Below, in pieces: positions 48,774-58,426 of a stretch of 64,000 nucleotides of DNA. Numbering within the stretch: position 1 is the first letter of the stretch; the number at the start of each line of letters is the position of its first letter. The stretch is from Candidatus Heimdallarchaeum aukensis (lineage in GTDB: Archaea > Asgardarchaeota > Heimdallarchaeia > Heimdallarchaeales > Heimdallarchaeaceae). The DNA lies in contig CP084166.1 in the NCBI GenBank assembly GCA_021513695.1, forward strand, positions 1,728,001-1,792,000, written 5' to 3'. A program made the position numbers and the translations under genes. The notes below the pieces were generated by a model. That model was given only the letters and a program-made list of their open reading frames with translations. It searched no databases and was not told the origin of the DNA.

Positions 48774-50216
48774 TTATTTCTTGATACCCAAGAAACCAGC
48801 TAATGCTGGAACTGTTTCTGCTACTTGTTCACTGGCAAAAATCTCATAATATTGTTTCAAGATTCCGACAGTAAGCAAAATTCCAGTACCCGTTCCTAAT
48901 GCGCCTAGAAAGTCAGCAAAGGCCGCTAATACACCTATAAAGAAACCTCCTAACCAAGCTGCAGTAGGAATATATCTATCCAGGTATTTTTCGACAATAC
49001 GAGGGTTACGACGAAAACCAGGAATTTGCATATCAGCATCAAGTAATTGCTTGGCAACATTACGAGAACTCATACCTGCAGTATCAATCCAAATCCTAGA
49101 AAAGACACCACAGAGGATAACCATCAAAATAAAGTATGTAACAGCTTGCCAAGGTTGTTCAACTATTTGTTCCGGACCATATGGAGCAGTAGTAAAGGAA
49201 GCTAAACCATTGATTGGCCGGCTTTGTTGTGTATCTCCGATGGTATCCCATTCACCAAAAAAGGTGACCAAGAATCCACGAATTCCTGGATCGTTTGCAT
49301 CCCATTTATTATCCAGGAGATTGCTGATAAAGTAGATATTTGCAAATAGGGCACTAACTAAAATAACTGGGATGTTGGATGTATAGAGGAATTTGATAGG
49401 ATAACGAGCAGGCATTTTGTATTGACTATGTTGAACAGGAATCTCTATTCGAATACCATCAACATACATAACCATAGCAAAGACAACAATTGTAGCTACC
49501 AATCCAATAATGTCAGGAGTACGTCCAGTACGATTGATAGATTGCATAACGGTATTTTCTTCACGAATAATGCTCTGGAAAAAGGCGATAACAGCTCCAC
49601 GAGCTAAACCATACTGATCAGGGGTGAGATTGAACATACCATCAACAATGTTAAAACTAACACTAGTGGCAATAAAGAGAGAAATACCACTACCTAAACC
49701 ATAACCCTTCTGGATGACTTCATCCATCATCATGATAACAAAACCAGCAGCAACAAGCTGAACTAAAAAGAGAGTCTGTTGAGCGAAACCTAAATCTTCA
49801 CCATAAGCGCCACCAAGAATATAAGCAAGAGCTTCAAAAAGAAGCATAAGAATAGACATAATCTTTTGAGCACCAGTGTACAAAGCACGCTCTTCAGGGT
49901 TACTAAAATCAACCTTGATAATTTGGGAACCCACGAGGAGTTGCATGATTAAGCCGGCAGTTACGATTGGACCGATCCCTAACTCTGCTAATGTTCCTCT
50001 TTGCGAGGCTAATATTGCTCTCATTGCATAAAATGGGTCTGTTCCTTGTGTTTCTTTAAATCCTACAAGGGGTATATTTAGCATTGCCAGATACAGTATC
50101 AATATTCCGAATGTCCAGAATAATTTTGCTTTGAATGACAGTTTTCTTTCTGGTTTTTTCACTTCAAAAGTAAATCTTTGAAAAGGTTTGAATATTGCTA
50201 AGAATTTACTTGCCAC
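48774..50216 (-). CDS. secY: Preprotein translocase subunit SecY (Sec61 alpha)
   Basis: 480 aa, 10 TM topology, conserved position after rpl15. Confidence 0.9.
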   Translation of the reverse strand: MASKFLAIFKPFQRFTFEVKKPERKLSFKAKLFWTFGILILYLAMLNIPLVGFKETQGTDPFYAMRAILASQRGTLAELGIGPIVTAGLIMQLLVGSQIIKVDFSNPEERALYTGAQKIMSILMLLFEALAYILGGAYGEDLGFAQQTLFLVQLVAAGFVIMMMDEVIQKGYGLGSGISLFIATSVSFNIVDGMFNLTPDQYGLARGAVIAFFQSIIREENTVMQSINRTGRTPDIIGLVATIVVFAMVMYVDGIRIEIPVQHSQYKMPARYPIKFLYTSNIPVILVSALFANIYFISNLLDNKWDANDPGIRGFLVTFFGEWDTIGDTQQSRPINGLASFTTAPYGPEQIVEQPWQAVTYFILMVILCGVFSRIWIDTAGMSSRNVAKQLLDADMQIPGFRRNPRIVEKYLDRYIPTAAWLGGFFIGVLAAFADFLGALGTGTGILLTVGILKQYYEIFASEQVAETVPALAGFLGIKK

Positions 50217-50334
50217 TTTTTACTCCTCTTTCTTTTTTCTTTTCTCTGTCTTTTTCAGAAAAATCGTACCTTTAAAAGCCTTTTCTCTTTGTCTTTTTCT
50301 AACAAAATAAGTTAAATAAAAAGTAAAAAAGAGT

Positions 50335-50787
50335 TTATTCTGGAAGAACTACTTTTCCCCCAGCTTCTTCTATTTTCTTGATTGCACGTTCTGAAGCCTT
50401 CTTCACCTTTATCTCTACAGGAGAAGATATTGCTCCTTGAGCGAGAAGCTTAGTGTAACCTAGCGCTCCGAGATCGATAACAATATTTTTCCCTTTTTTC
50501 TCAGCTTGTCCTTTAGCTATTAAATTAGGGATCATAGCATCAATCTGGGAGATATTGATAACTTTATCTTTCTTGACCACTGCAGGGGGACGAGTAAAAC
50601 CATGTTTTCCTATAGGCTTTCGTCGACCTAGAATTACTAGCATCTTGTGTCGAGTTTTGGGTCCACATTTTCCTACACCTCCGCGAATACCGCTATTTTT
50701 GTGTCCTTTTTGTTTTCCCCATCCATGATGCTGAGAACCTCTAAGTCTTCTTACTCTTTTCTTGAATCTTACTACCATTTTTCTCAC
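50335..50787 (-). CDS. rpl15: Ribosomal protein L15 (uL15)
   Basis: RKKRVRRLRGSQHHGWGKQKGHKNSGIRGGVGKCG N-terminus typical of uL15/L27a. Confidence 0.85.
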   Translation of the reverse strand: MRKMVVRFKKRVRRLRGSQHHGWGKQKGHKNSGIRGGVGKCGPKTRHKMLVILGRRKPIGKHGFTRPPAVVKKDKVINISQIDAMIPNLIAKGQAEKKGKNIVIDLGALGYTKLLAQGAISSPVEIKVKKASERAIKKIEEAGGKVVLPE

Positions 50788-51245
50788 GCCATCCTCACAA
50801 TTAATTCATTTATTGCTTCGCCTCTGTAGCCTAGATCTCCGCCTTCATTGTATCCTCTTTTCACACTCTTGAAACCTTTTCTTGGTGGATGTAACCTGAA
50901 GAATTTCTTCAGCCCTGGAACATCGCTCAATTTTGCTTTTCCTTCGTATACTGCTTTTGCAAAATCTTTTATGCTTTTATACTCTGAATTTTCTTTTATG
51001 TATTCATCAGTAAGTCTTTGCTTTCCTCTTAGTTCTCCTCTTTTTTCTAGTAAATAGGTTAGGGTTTCAAGATTTATTTCTCCATATGTGATAGTATCTT
51101 TTGCTCTTTTTAGCATACCCATATATGATGGTGTATTAGGTATTATAGTCATATAGTTTTTTCTTCTAATGTTAAGCATATCTAGTGTTTCTTTTATTTT
51201 ATAATAAAATCCTACAGTTCCTCTTATTCTTATTACTGCTAGCAT
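50784..51245 (-). CDS. rpl30: Ribosomal protein L30 (uL30)
   Basis: MLAVIRIRGTVGFYYKIKETLDMLNIRR; track ORF start (51269) likely 8 codons too long. Confidence 0.85.
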   Translation of the reverse strand: MLAVIRIRGTVGFYYKIKETLDMLNIRRKNYMTIIPNTPSYMGMLKRAKDTITYGEINLETLTYLLEKRGELRGKQRLTDEYIKENSEYKSIKDFAKAVYEGKAKLSDVPGLKKFFRLHPPRKGFKSVKRGYNEGGDLGYRGEAINELIVRMA

Positions 51246-51279
51246 TGTCTTTTTTTCATCTTTGCTCATTTTTTCTCAC

Positions 51280-51927
51280 CTATTGTTTTGTCCAATCGTA
51301 TGGTGCTACTACTGAGTAAGTGTTTTTTAGTGCTTCAAAAGTTGCTTTTGCGAAATTGTTTGTAGTTCTTGTTTCTCCGAATGTTTTACTCCACACATCA
51401 TCTATTCCTGCTAATCTTAGAACCGTTTTTGCTACATCTCCCACCACTAGTCCTAGTCCTCTTGGTGCTGGAATTAGTACTACTTTTGTTGAACCGCATT
51501 TTCCTTCTACTTTATATGGTACTGTGTGATTTCCTCCACAAGAGCATTCCCAGCTTCCACAAGATCTTCTTACTGGTCTAATGTTCAATTTTGCATTTGT
51601 TATGGCTTTCTTTATTGCAGGACCGATTTCTTTAAGTTTTGCTTCTCCTACACCTACATATCCGTTCTTATTTCCTACCACTACAGTAGCTCTAAATCTT
51701 CTTTTTCTTCCTGCATCTGATTGCCTTTGTACTAATTTAATATCAATAACTTCGTCCTCAAGGTCAGGTAATAAAATATCAATTATTTCTGCTTCTTGTA
51801 TTTTCAAGTTTTGCGCAAATATTTCGTCGATGCTTGTTATTTGTCCCTCTTTTACCATTCTTCCTAATCTAGTCAGTGGTTCCCATTCTTCATAATCTAA
51901 AAAATCATTACTACTCATTTTACTCAC
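51280..51927 (-). CDS. rps5: Ribosomal protein S5 (uS5)
   Basis: [25 protein letters not shown]...; C-terminal S5 domain. Confidence 0.9.
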   Translation of the reverse strand: MSKMSSNDFLDYEEWEPLTRLGRMVKEGQITSIDEIFAQNLKIQEAEIIDILLPDLEDEVIDIKLVQRQSDAGRKRRFRATVVVGNKNGYVGVGEAKLKEIGPAIKKAITNAKLNIRPVRRSCGSWECSCGGNHTVPYKVEGKCGSTKVVLIPAPRGLGLVVGDVAKTVLRLAGIDDVWSKTFGETRTTNNFAKATFEALKNTYSVVAPYDWTKQ

Positions 51928-52576
51928 TTTCCTCTATTTTTGTTTTTGTTTCTTCGAAGTAAGTCTGTATTTCCTCTGGCTTTTTATTCACTTGAAGATA
52001 TTTACCAAAGTATCGCTTATACTTCTCTTTATCCTCTTTTGCCAAGAGTCTTCCGTAATTTGCTATATGCTCTCCTCTAATTCGCTCTTCATCAGGGATC
52101 ATTTTTTCTCCATAAGGTATATCTACTCCAGCATCGACTATTCCTTTCAACGCTGCAAATAACCTTGTTTTAGGTAATGCTTCCAAGGTTCCAATATCTA
52201 GTATCGCTTCATCTATATCCGCTTTTAGCGCTCTTTTGCCTGCTAAAAATCCAGTTAAATAGGCTGCAGGCATATTAGATGTTGCTATGTCCCAACCATA
52301 TTGTGCTAAATCTTTTGATAACACTTGGGTGATGGTTTGGTCACCACCTTGTTTGGAACGGATAAATTGAATACGTAGAGCTTTATTAGAGGGGCGTATT
52401 GCAACACGAATTTTTCCTGATTTTAACAATCTTGTTCGCTGCCCATAGTCTGTTTTTTGCTCTCTTCTTCGCCTGAAAGGCATTCTATAGAGAGGACCAT
52501 GTTTCTTTTGTGGTGGAGGACTTTTTCTCTTCCTATATCTCTTTCTTCGTTTCATTGCTTTTTTTGACATTGACAT
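51920..52576 (-). CDS. rpl18: Ribosomal protein L18 (uL18)
   Basis: [42 protein letters not shown]. Confidence 0.85.
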   Translation of the reverse strand: MSMSKKAMKRRKRYRKRKSPPPQKKHGPLYRMPFRRRREQKTDYGQRTRLLKSGKIRVAIRPSNKALRIQFIRSKQGGDQTITQVLSKDLAQYGWDIATSNMPAAYLTGFLAGKRALKADIDEAILDIGTLEALPKTRLFAALKGIVDAGVDIPYGEKMIPDEERIRGEHIANYGRLLAKEDKEKYKRYFGKYLQVNKKPEEIQTYFEETKTKIEESE

Positions 52577-52590
52577 TTTTCAGTCACCTC

Positions 52591-53061
52591 TTATTTTAAG
52601 TCAGGAAGGCGTTTCTTAGCCAACCCATGTTCCTCGATGTAGGTTCTAAGATATCGTACACTCCTAAATAAGCCACCTTTAGCTTGTAAATAGAGTTTCC
52701 TGTAAACAGATTTTTCTATATATCCTTCATCTCTCAGCTTAGCAAGGTATTTTCGTTGAGCTCGAATGTGATTAATCCAACGGGTTTTCCTTGGAAGTCT
52801 TGAGTATTTTGGACCCTCTCTGCTTCCAGGACCTTTTCTTTGACCTTTTCTCTTTTTAGCGGCATTAGCTCGAGCTCTTCCTCGACTTACACCTTTTATT
52901 TTTCGCTTCTTTATATCTCCGGTGTCTATGTGCCCTCTAATATCTTCTCTTGTAATAGCTAGTGAGAGATCTTGTAGGCTGTCAGGATCAATTTTAACTC
53001 TATTTTTACCAACCTTTAATATTTTGGCAGCAATTCTTCTTTGTGATTTTACATCAGTCAT
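52591..53061 (-). CDS. rpl19e: Ribosomal protein L19e
   Basis: MTDVKSQRRIAAKILKVGKNRVKIDPD...; full-length eL19 pattern. Confidence 0.9.
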   Translation of the reverse strand: MTDVKSQRRIAAKILKVGKNRVKIDPDSLQDLSLAITREDIRGHIDTGDIKKRKIKGVSRGRARANAAKKRKGQRKGPGSREGPKYSRLPRKTRWINHIRAQRKYLAKLRDEGYIEKSVYRKLYLQAKGGLFRSVRYLRTYIEEHGLAKKRLPDLK

Positions 53062-53091
53062 TCTTTTTCACGCCCATATTCGCACTATGTA

Positions 53092-53631
53092 TCATTCTGA
53101 AGATTCTTGCTCTGAATCTTCATCTTCTAGAGCTTCCTCAGGTTCTTCTTCAAAATCTTCTTCAAATTCGAATTCGTCTTCACCTAGTAACTCGTATTCT
53201 TCTACTTCTTCACCAAATTCAGCTACTTCAACGGCTTTAACTGGTAAATTAAGTACCTTTATGTGAAGATCTTCAGCTCGTTCAATTATTTGTTGTCTTT
53301 TTCTTAAACCGACTGTTCGTTGAATCATAACGGCATCTGTTTCTGGATCAAGTCCTTCTAATTGTGAAACATTGCTTACGTGTTTCACTGAATAACCTGA
53401 AGGATGCATACCACGAACTGCTTTAGGCCCTCTATAGCCAACGCCAGCCATTTTTGGATAACCTTTTATCTTTTTACGCATTTTGTTGTCGATACCCTTT
53501 GGACGACGCCAATTGCTCTTAAGACGTTTGTATCTCCAAGATTCTGGCCGAACGAAATTGGGCCTTCTTGCATTTATTTTTTGCTTTATACGCAATAACC
53601 GTAATCGTTCTTTATTTTCTGTCATCGTCAA
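53092..53631 (-). CDS. rpl32e: Ribosomal protein L32e with acidic C-terminal extension
   Basis: RPNFVRPESWRYKRLKSNWRRPKGIDNKMR core; ~45-aa tail EEYELLGEDEFEFEEDFEEEPEEALEDEDSEQESSE. Confidence 0.85.
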   Translation of the reverse strand: MTMTENKERLRLLRIKQKINARRPNFVRPESWRYKRLKSNWRRPKGIDNKMRKKIKGYPKMAGVGYRGPKAVRGMHPSGYSVKHVSNVSQLEGLDPETDAVMIQRTVGLRKRQQIIERAEDLHIKVLNLPVKAVEVAEFGEEVEEYELLGEDEFEFEEDFEEEPEEALEDEDSEQESSE

Positions 53632-53861
53632 TCAACTATTAACGTCAATAACGTGGTGTAAGTAAAATCTCCACTGTCCTTTTTTAATCATTATCATTGT
53701 TGTTTTTTTGAAACAAAAAAGAGATAATTTCATTTTGGGGGTTATAAGTATAATAGAATGCATTAATTACGGAAACTGAAAAAATAACAAAAAGCTTGAC
53801 TAAAATGAGATAACAAAAAATAAGTTAATGGATAAAAGAAAACAAAAAAATAGATGAGGAA

Positions 53862-54419
53862 TTACTCTTTCTCGTAAACCCAGACTCCATCCATGAAAAC
53901 TTCAGGATCCTTCTTTCTCTTTCCTCTTAATCTACATATTTCTTGCATATTTGCTACTGTTTGTCCTACTGCTTCTTTATCTATTCCTGTTGTGATAACG
54001 TCTTCTTTGTCAACTGTAACTTTAGTATCATCGCCTACTATTTTTGCTTTTAGTAATTTTCTACCACCATAAAGGTTCTTTATTATTACTTCTCTCTTCT
54101 TATTATCTGGTTCTACAGTAATAGGAAAGTGGGAAAATACTATTTTAGATTTGTATGTATAACCCTTCCTTGTTCCTTCGATCATATTGCTAAATAATCC
54201 AACGGCAGAAAGAATCTTTGCTTTCTTTCTTCTGTTTAAGTTGTATGCACTGAATTTCATTTTGGAGCCTTCTAGGCTAATATATGTTTCATCAAATCTA
54301 CTAAAATCTTTTGTCAATTTTCCTTTAGGACCTTCTACAGTAATAATTTTTCCATCTAGGGTTACTTTTACGTCTTCGGGTATTTCTATTTCTCTTTCTA
54401 TAACTACAGTTTTTGTCAT
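53862..54419 (-). CDS. rpl6: Ribosomal protein L6 (uL6)
   Basis: Two uL6 alpha/beta repeats; IPEDVKVTLDGKIITVEGPKGKL. Confidence 0.9.
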   Translation of the reverse strand: MTKTVVIEREIEIPEDVKVTLDGKIITVEGPKGKLTKDFSRFDETYISLEGSKMKFSAYNLNRRKKAKILSAVGLFSNMIEGTRKGYTYKSKIVFSHFPITVEPDNKKREVIIKNLYGGRKLLKAKIVGDDTKVTVDKEDVITTGIDKEAVGQTVANMQEICRLRGKRKKDPEVFMDGVWVYEKE

Positions 54420-54429
54420 TTTACGTCAC

Positions 54430-54822
54430 CTAGTAGATATATGCTAATAATCTCCCGCCTATTCCTTTTTCTTTTGCATCGTCATGACTCATAACTCCTT
54501 CAGGGGTTGTAACAACAAGCACTCCAAAATTTTTAGCGGGTAAATATTTTTGCTCCCATTCTTCAAATTCATCTTTTGCTACAGGATAACGAGGTTTTAT
54601 TACTCCACACTTATTAATTCGTCCCATTAACTGAACTTCAAATATTCCTCCTCGATGGTCATTGATATATTCTAATTCACCCAGATAACCAGCTCTTTGT
54701 GCAGTTCTAAGAACATTTGCCACTAGTTTACTCGCGGGTTTAATAGATACTTTTTTCTTTCCTGTTCTTTCAGCATTCAATATAGAATTTAGAGCATCTG
54801 CTAAAGGATCAACTTGTACCAT
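54430..54822 (-). CDS. rps8: Ribosomal protein S8 (uS8)
   Basis: [29 protein letters not shown]...; preferred ATG at 54822 (track GTG at 54831 would overlap uS14). Confidence 0.9.
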   Translation of the reverse strand: MVQVDPLADALNSILNAERTGKKKVSIKPASKLVANVLRTAQRAGYLGELEYINDHRGGIFEVQLMGRINKCGVIKPRYPVAKDEFEEWEQKYLPAKNFGVLVVTTPEGVMSHDDAKEKGIGGRLLAYIY

Positions 54823-54823
54823 T

Positions 54824-54991
54824 TTATCCACCTCTACTCCCGGTTTTCTTAAAACCTATTTTATCATATATTTCTCTAATACATCGTCTGCAAATCATTA
54901 GGTCAGCTCTTCTAATTACTCCTTGATGTGTACCACAACGTTGGCATTGGCGGGATCCTTTTCCATATTTTATTTCTCTTCTTTCTTGCAT
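54824..54991 (-). CDS. rps14: Ribosomal protein S14 (uS14, zinc-ribbon type)
   Basis: Not in ORF track (55 aa). [55 protein letters not shown]; CxxC..CxxC; canonical position between rpl5 and rps8. Confidence 0.85.
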   Translation of the reverse strand: MQERREIKYGKGSRQCQRCGTHQGVIRRADLMICRRCIREIYDKIGFKKTGSRGG

Positions 54992-54996
54992 TTTTA

Positions 54997-55569
54997 TCAC
55001 TTCACAATTTTAATGTTAAACTCTTTAGAAGCGAATTCCATTGCTTCCTCTTTTGTAATCAGATGTTTCTTTGGTATTTTCTTTCTTTGATTTCGTCTGT
55101 ACTTCAGTCTATATCCTGGCCTTTCTAGTTTAACAACAACATTAAACCCTATTGTTCCTAACATTGGATCAAAAGGTGCATCTCGGATATCTACATGTTC
55201 AGTTATACCAAAACTGAAGTTACCTTGCTGATCAAACGCTTTCTGCTTTATAATATAGTCTTTTGCATACAAACATCTGTCTAGCATTTCTTTTGCTTCT
55301 TCTCCCCGCAGAGTAACAATGGCTGCGATAGGCTCTCCTTTTCTTATTCCAAAGTCTCTGATACTTTTCTTTGCTGGTCGTTCGGAGGGAACTCGTCCTG
55401 TAATTTGAGATAGTATGGTTTTAGCTCTCTCGAATCTTGGACCAGATTCACCTACTGCAGCGTTCAATATTACTTCTTTCAAGTATGGTTTTCTCATGGG
55501 ATGTTTTTCCCATTCTTTTGAGTATTTTTCTTCGATTTCAACTTCTTCTAAAGGTTCTCCAAAAAGCAT
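54997..55569 (-). CDS. rpl5: Ribosomal protein L5 (uL5)
   Basis: KEVILNAAVGESGPRFERAKTILSQITG...; uL5 core. Confidence 0.9.
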   Translation of the reverse strand: MLFGEPLEEVEIEEKYSKEWEKHPMRKPYLKEVILNAAVGESGPRFERAKTILSQITGRVPSERPAKKSIRDFGIRKGEPIAAIVTLRGEEAKEMLDRCLYAKDYIIKQKAFDQQGNFSFGITEHVDIRDAPFDPMLGTIGFNVVVKLERPGYRLKYRRNQRKKIPKKHLITKEEAMEFASKEFNIKIVK

Positions 55570-56327
55570 TAGTTATCCACCTCCGGTAAACCAACATCTT
55601 GATCTGGAGTTTCTTTTCCAATAACGAAAATGTAACGATACAAAGTTTCAATAGTAGTTCCTGATGTTGTACGAATAGTAGCAGTTTTTGTTTTTGATGT
55701 TCCGTGAGTACTAATATTTTCTATTACTCCATGTTGACCCATACCACGACCACTAATTATTAATCCATAATTACCGACTTCTAAATCGAATTTGTCAATT
55801 ATTTTTTGTTCAGGTATAGATATTTTTACTGTTGCATGAGTTGAATATTCTGCAGCGATCTTATAGTCATCTTCTGAAAGGATAATATTTCTTCCATCAT
55901 GAAGATTTAATTGTGTTTTTCCTCCTTTTAATGTGGTCTTGTTAACAATTTGACAGAATTTTACCTTTGCCTTTTCTTCATCTATAGGTACAAGACGTAA
56001 ACCAATTTTTGGTATGTATAGCATCCTATAATGTTCATTTATTTTAGGTAAACTAAAAACATCCATAAAACCGACAGGATATTTTCGGTCAAGTTTTACA
56101 CGTCCATCAACGAGAACGTTACGTTCATAAATTATTTTTTTAACTTCACTGATGTTTCGAGCATATTTTAAGAGATCTCTTAAAATTATAGCTGTAGGAA
56201 TACAATCATCTGCAGCATGTGGTCCTGGAGATGGTCTAACTGAAAAGGTGTATTCTTTTTTGTGTATGGGGTAATGCTCAGAAACAACTAATCTTTTCAA
56301 GTGTTTTTTTCCGCCTGATTTTGTCAT
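55569..56327 (-). CDS. rps4e: Ribosomal protein S4e
   Basis: GGKKHLKRLVVSEHYPIHKKEY...; S4 and KOW domains. Confidence 0.9.
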   Translation of the reverse strand: MTKSGGKKHLKRLVVSEHYPIHKKEYTFSVRPSPGPHAADDCIPTAIILRDLLKYARNISEVKKIIYERNVLVDGRVKLDRKYPVGFMDVFSLPKINEHYRMLYIPKIGLRLVPIDEEKAKVKFCQIVNKTTLKGGKTQLNLHDGRNIILSEDDYKIAAEYSTHATVKISIPEQKIIDKFDLEVGNYGLIISGRGMGQHGVIENISTHGTSKTKTATIRTTSGTTIETLYRYIFVIGKETPDQDVGLPEVDN

Positions 56328-56839
56328 TATTCATTCTCCTCCTCTGTAGAATCTTCTTCAAAATCTTCTTCGAAATCTTCTTCGAAATCATAATCTTCGT
56401 CTAAGGTTTCTTCTACTTCTGTTTCTTCATCAAATATGCTTTCTTCTAAGTCTTCATCTGTTAGATCTTTCACAGAACGTCGTTTCAATAATTCTTTTCT
56501 CTTCTTATCCTTCAAATTCAGACTTGTAATAATGATATTTGAGGGTTTTACTGGAAAAGATTTTATTGTTCCGTCAGCTTTCTCTTTACTATGACCTTCA
56601 ATGTGAATTGCATATTTTTGAGGAAGACATCTGATAACTTTTCCTTTTATCTCATCTTCTTCTCTAATAGCTTTAACTACAACAACTTTATCTCCGCGAA
56701 CAACAGGAATTCTTTTTACTCCATATTTTTCTTGTAATTCTTTGGAGAGTCTTGCAGTCATGCCTTTTTTACGTTGGTGCAAAGGACGATTGAAATATCG
56801 TTTTCTTTGTTTCCCAGGTTTAATTGTCTTTGTTTTCAT
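56327..56839 (-). CDS. rpl24: Ribosomal protein L24 (uL24) with acidic C-terminal extension
   Basis: KOW VVRGDKVVVVKAIREEDEIKGKV; ~50-aa tail ...EDLEESIFDEETEVEETLDEDYDFEEDFEEDFEEDSTEEENE. Confidence 0.85.
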   Translation of the reverse strand: MKTKTIKPGKQRKRYFNRPLHQRKKGMTARLSKELQEKYGVKRIPVVRGDKVVVVKAIREEDEIKGKVIRCLPQKYAIHIEGHSKEKADGTIKSFPVKPSNIIITSLNLKDKKRKELLKRRSVKDLTDEDLEESIFDEETEVEETLDEDYDFEEDFEEDFEEDSTEEENE

Positions 56840-56849
56840 TGTAAATCAC

Positions 56850-57266
56850 CTACACAATTATTGATGCTCGATGAGCAATCCTTGGCCAGTGTTCTGCAGC
56901 TTCTTTAGCAATAGGTCCACGAATTTCGGTTCCTAAGGGGTCTCCTACTTCATTTGTCAAGACTATTCCATTTTCTTCAAATTGTATCCATGTACCATCT
57001 GGTCTTCTGAAAGGAGCTCTTTGTCTAACTACAACAGCATGATAAATTTGTTTCCTTCTTTTAGGAGAACCTTTTTTCACACTAACAATACACATAGTTC
57101 CTACTGTTGCCCAAGGAATACGATTTAATCTTCCTCTATATCCTTTGACAGCAATAATCTCCACTTCTCTAGCTCCTGAATTATCAGCACACTTCACTCT
57201 ACTACCAACAATAAGTGATGGCTTTCTTCTTTTTAATGGACGTCCAACTGTCTTACGTTTCGCCAT
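56850..57266 (-). CDS. rpl14: Ribosomal protein L14 (uL14)
   Basis: MAKRKTVGRPLKRRK...VKCADNSGAREVEIIAVKGY; preferred start M6 of track ORF. Confidence 0.9.
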   Translation of the reverse strand: MAKRKTVGRPLKRRKPSLIVGSRVKCADNSGAREVEIIAVKGYRGRLNRIPWATVGTMCIVSVKKGSPKRRKQIYHAVVVRQRAPFRRPDGTWIQFEENGIVLTNEVGDPLGTEIRGPIAKEAAEHWPRIAHRASIIV

Positions 57267-57277
57267 AATCACACACC

Positions 57278-57616
57278 TCAAGCGGATTTAAGTTTTTCAA
57301 TTACAACAAAAGAAACAGTCTTAGAGAGAGGACGACATTCTGCTGCGCGTACTAAATCTCCTTCTTTTACATTAAGGCAAGGAGGATTATGTGCACTTAT
57401 TTTTCCATGCTCTCTCTGGTATCTCTTATATTTCTTAACGTATCGTAAGAAATCTCTTCGAATAACGACAGTTCTTCGCATTTTGTCAGATACAACACGT
57501 CCAACAAATATTCTTCCCCTCACTGGCAATTTCCCATGAAATGGACATCTAGGGTCATCACAAGTTGTTGTGGGGGGTTCTACATCAATTCCAATATTCC
57601 GTACTTTACTACTCAT
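57278..57616 (-). CDS. rps17: Ribosomal protein S17 (uS17)
   Basis: GRVVSDKMRRTVVIRRDFLRYVKKYKRYQREHGKISAHNP. Confidence 0.85.
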   Translation of the reverse strand: MSSKVRNIGIDVEPPTTTCDDPRCPFHGKLPVRGRIFVGRVVSDKMRRTVVIRRDFLRYVKKYKRYQREHGKISAHNPPCLNVKEGDLVRAAECRPLSKTVSFVVIEKLKSA

Positions 57617-57802
57617 ATGATCAACTCCAATAAGCGTCTTATACCCATGGTAAGTTCTACCAATTTTGGCTCTAGATAACTAGAGTAAGACGTCTTATTT
57701 TACGTATATTTAACAATTAATTATACTAATTACAGCCAAAATTTTTCCTTTTTAATTGTTTTTATTGTTAAGATTTTTCAAACTAAAAAAATAATCTTCT
57801 CC

Positions 57803-58108
57803 CTACCAAGAATGAATTTTTTTCTTCATTCTATCTTCTGGTTTTCCTAAAAGATTCTCTCCATTAACTTTAACTGTTAACCCAGGTTCAATAGTAATTT
57901 TAAAAACGAACCCTTTTTTTGGAATAGAACGAATCTTGTCTTGAAAGCGAATTTTTATCATATGAGCTGTTTCGTCAATAACTACTCCACTAAGATTTGT
58001 AAGTGATTCCATAGGGCTTTTAACAATTTCAATGTGATATCCATAGAGACCAACAGCAAGTTTTGCCCATATATACAACTTTTTTTTAAAAATCAAGTTC
58101 ATCTCCAT
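57803..58108 (-). CDS. rnp1: RNase P protein subunit Rpp29 (Rnp1)
   Basis: GLYGYHIEIVKS...LSGVVIDETAHMIKI Sm-like fold pattern; canonical position between rpl29 and rps17. Confidence 0.7.
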   Translation of the reverse strand: MEMNLIFKKKLYIWAKLAVGLYGYHIEIVKSPMESLTNLSGVVIDETAHMIKIRFQDKIRSIPKKGFVFKITIEPGLTVKVNGENLLGKPEDRMKKKIHSW

Positions 58109-58209
58109 TTAATTAGTACTTACACAAACAATTCCAGATTCTACTTATAAATATTCAACCAAAGTAAATTAAAAAATGTATTTTATAAAAGGGAGAGAGA
58201 AAATAAAAA

Positions 58210-58413
58210 TTAAAGTTCTCCTTCTTCAGTTAATATAGTTAAAATACGAGCAATTGTTCTTTTATATTCTCGGATTTGTCCTGGATTCTCAATACTTCCT
58301 CCAGATGCTAACTCCGATTTTACTTTGAAGAGTTTTTGTTTATACTCTTCTAACTTTTTTAATTTTTGCTCTCTTGTTAATTTTCTTATTTCTGCGGGTT
58401 TAAGTTCAGCCAT
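58210..58413 (-). CDS. rpl29: Ribosomal protein L29 (uL29)
   Basis: MAELKPAEIRKLTREQKLKKLEEYKQKLFKVKSELASGG. Confidence 0.85.
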   Translation of the reverse strand: MAELKPAEIRKLTREQKLKKLEEYKQKLFKVKSELASGGSIENPGQIREYKRTIARILTILTEEGEL

Positions 58414-58426
58414 ATTTTACACCTTT

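Noticed and set aside
52922-53266. Ser-rich antisense ORFs inside the ribosomal cluster (also 58563-58970, 51369-51895, 53043-53240)
   Set aside because: These are reverse-strand readings of the E/D-rich codon repeats of rpl32e/rps3/rps5 tails (GAA/GAT antisense gives TTC/ATC Ser/Phe-rich frames), i.e. artefacts.
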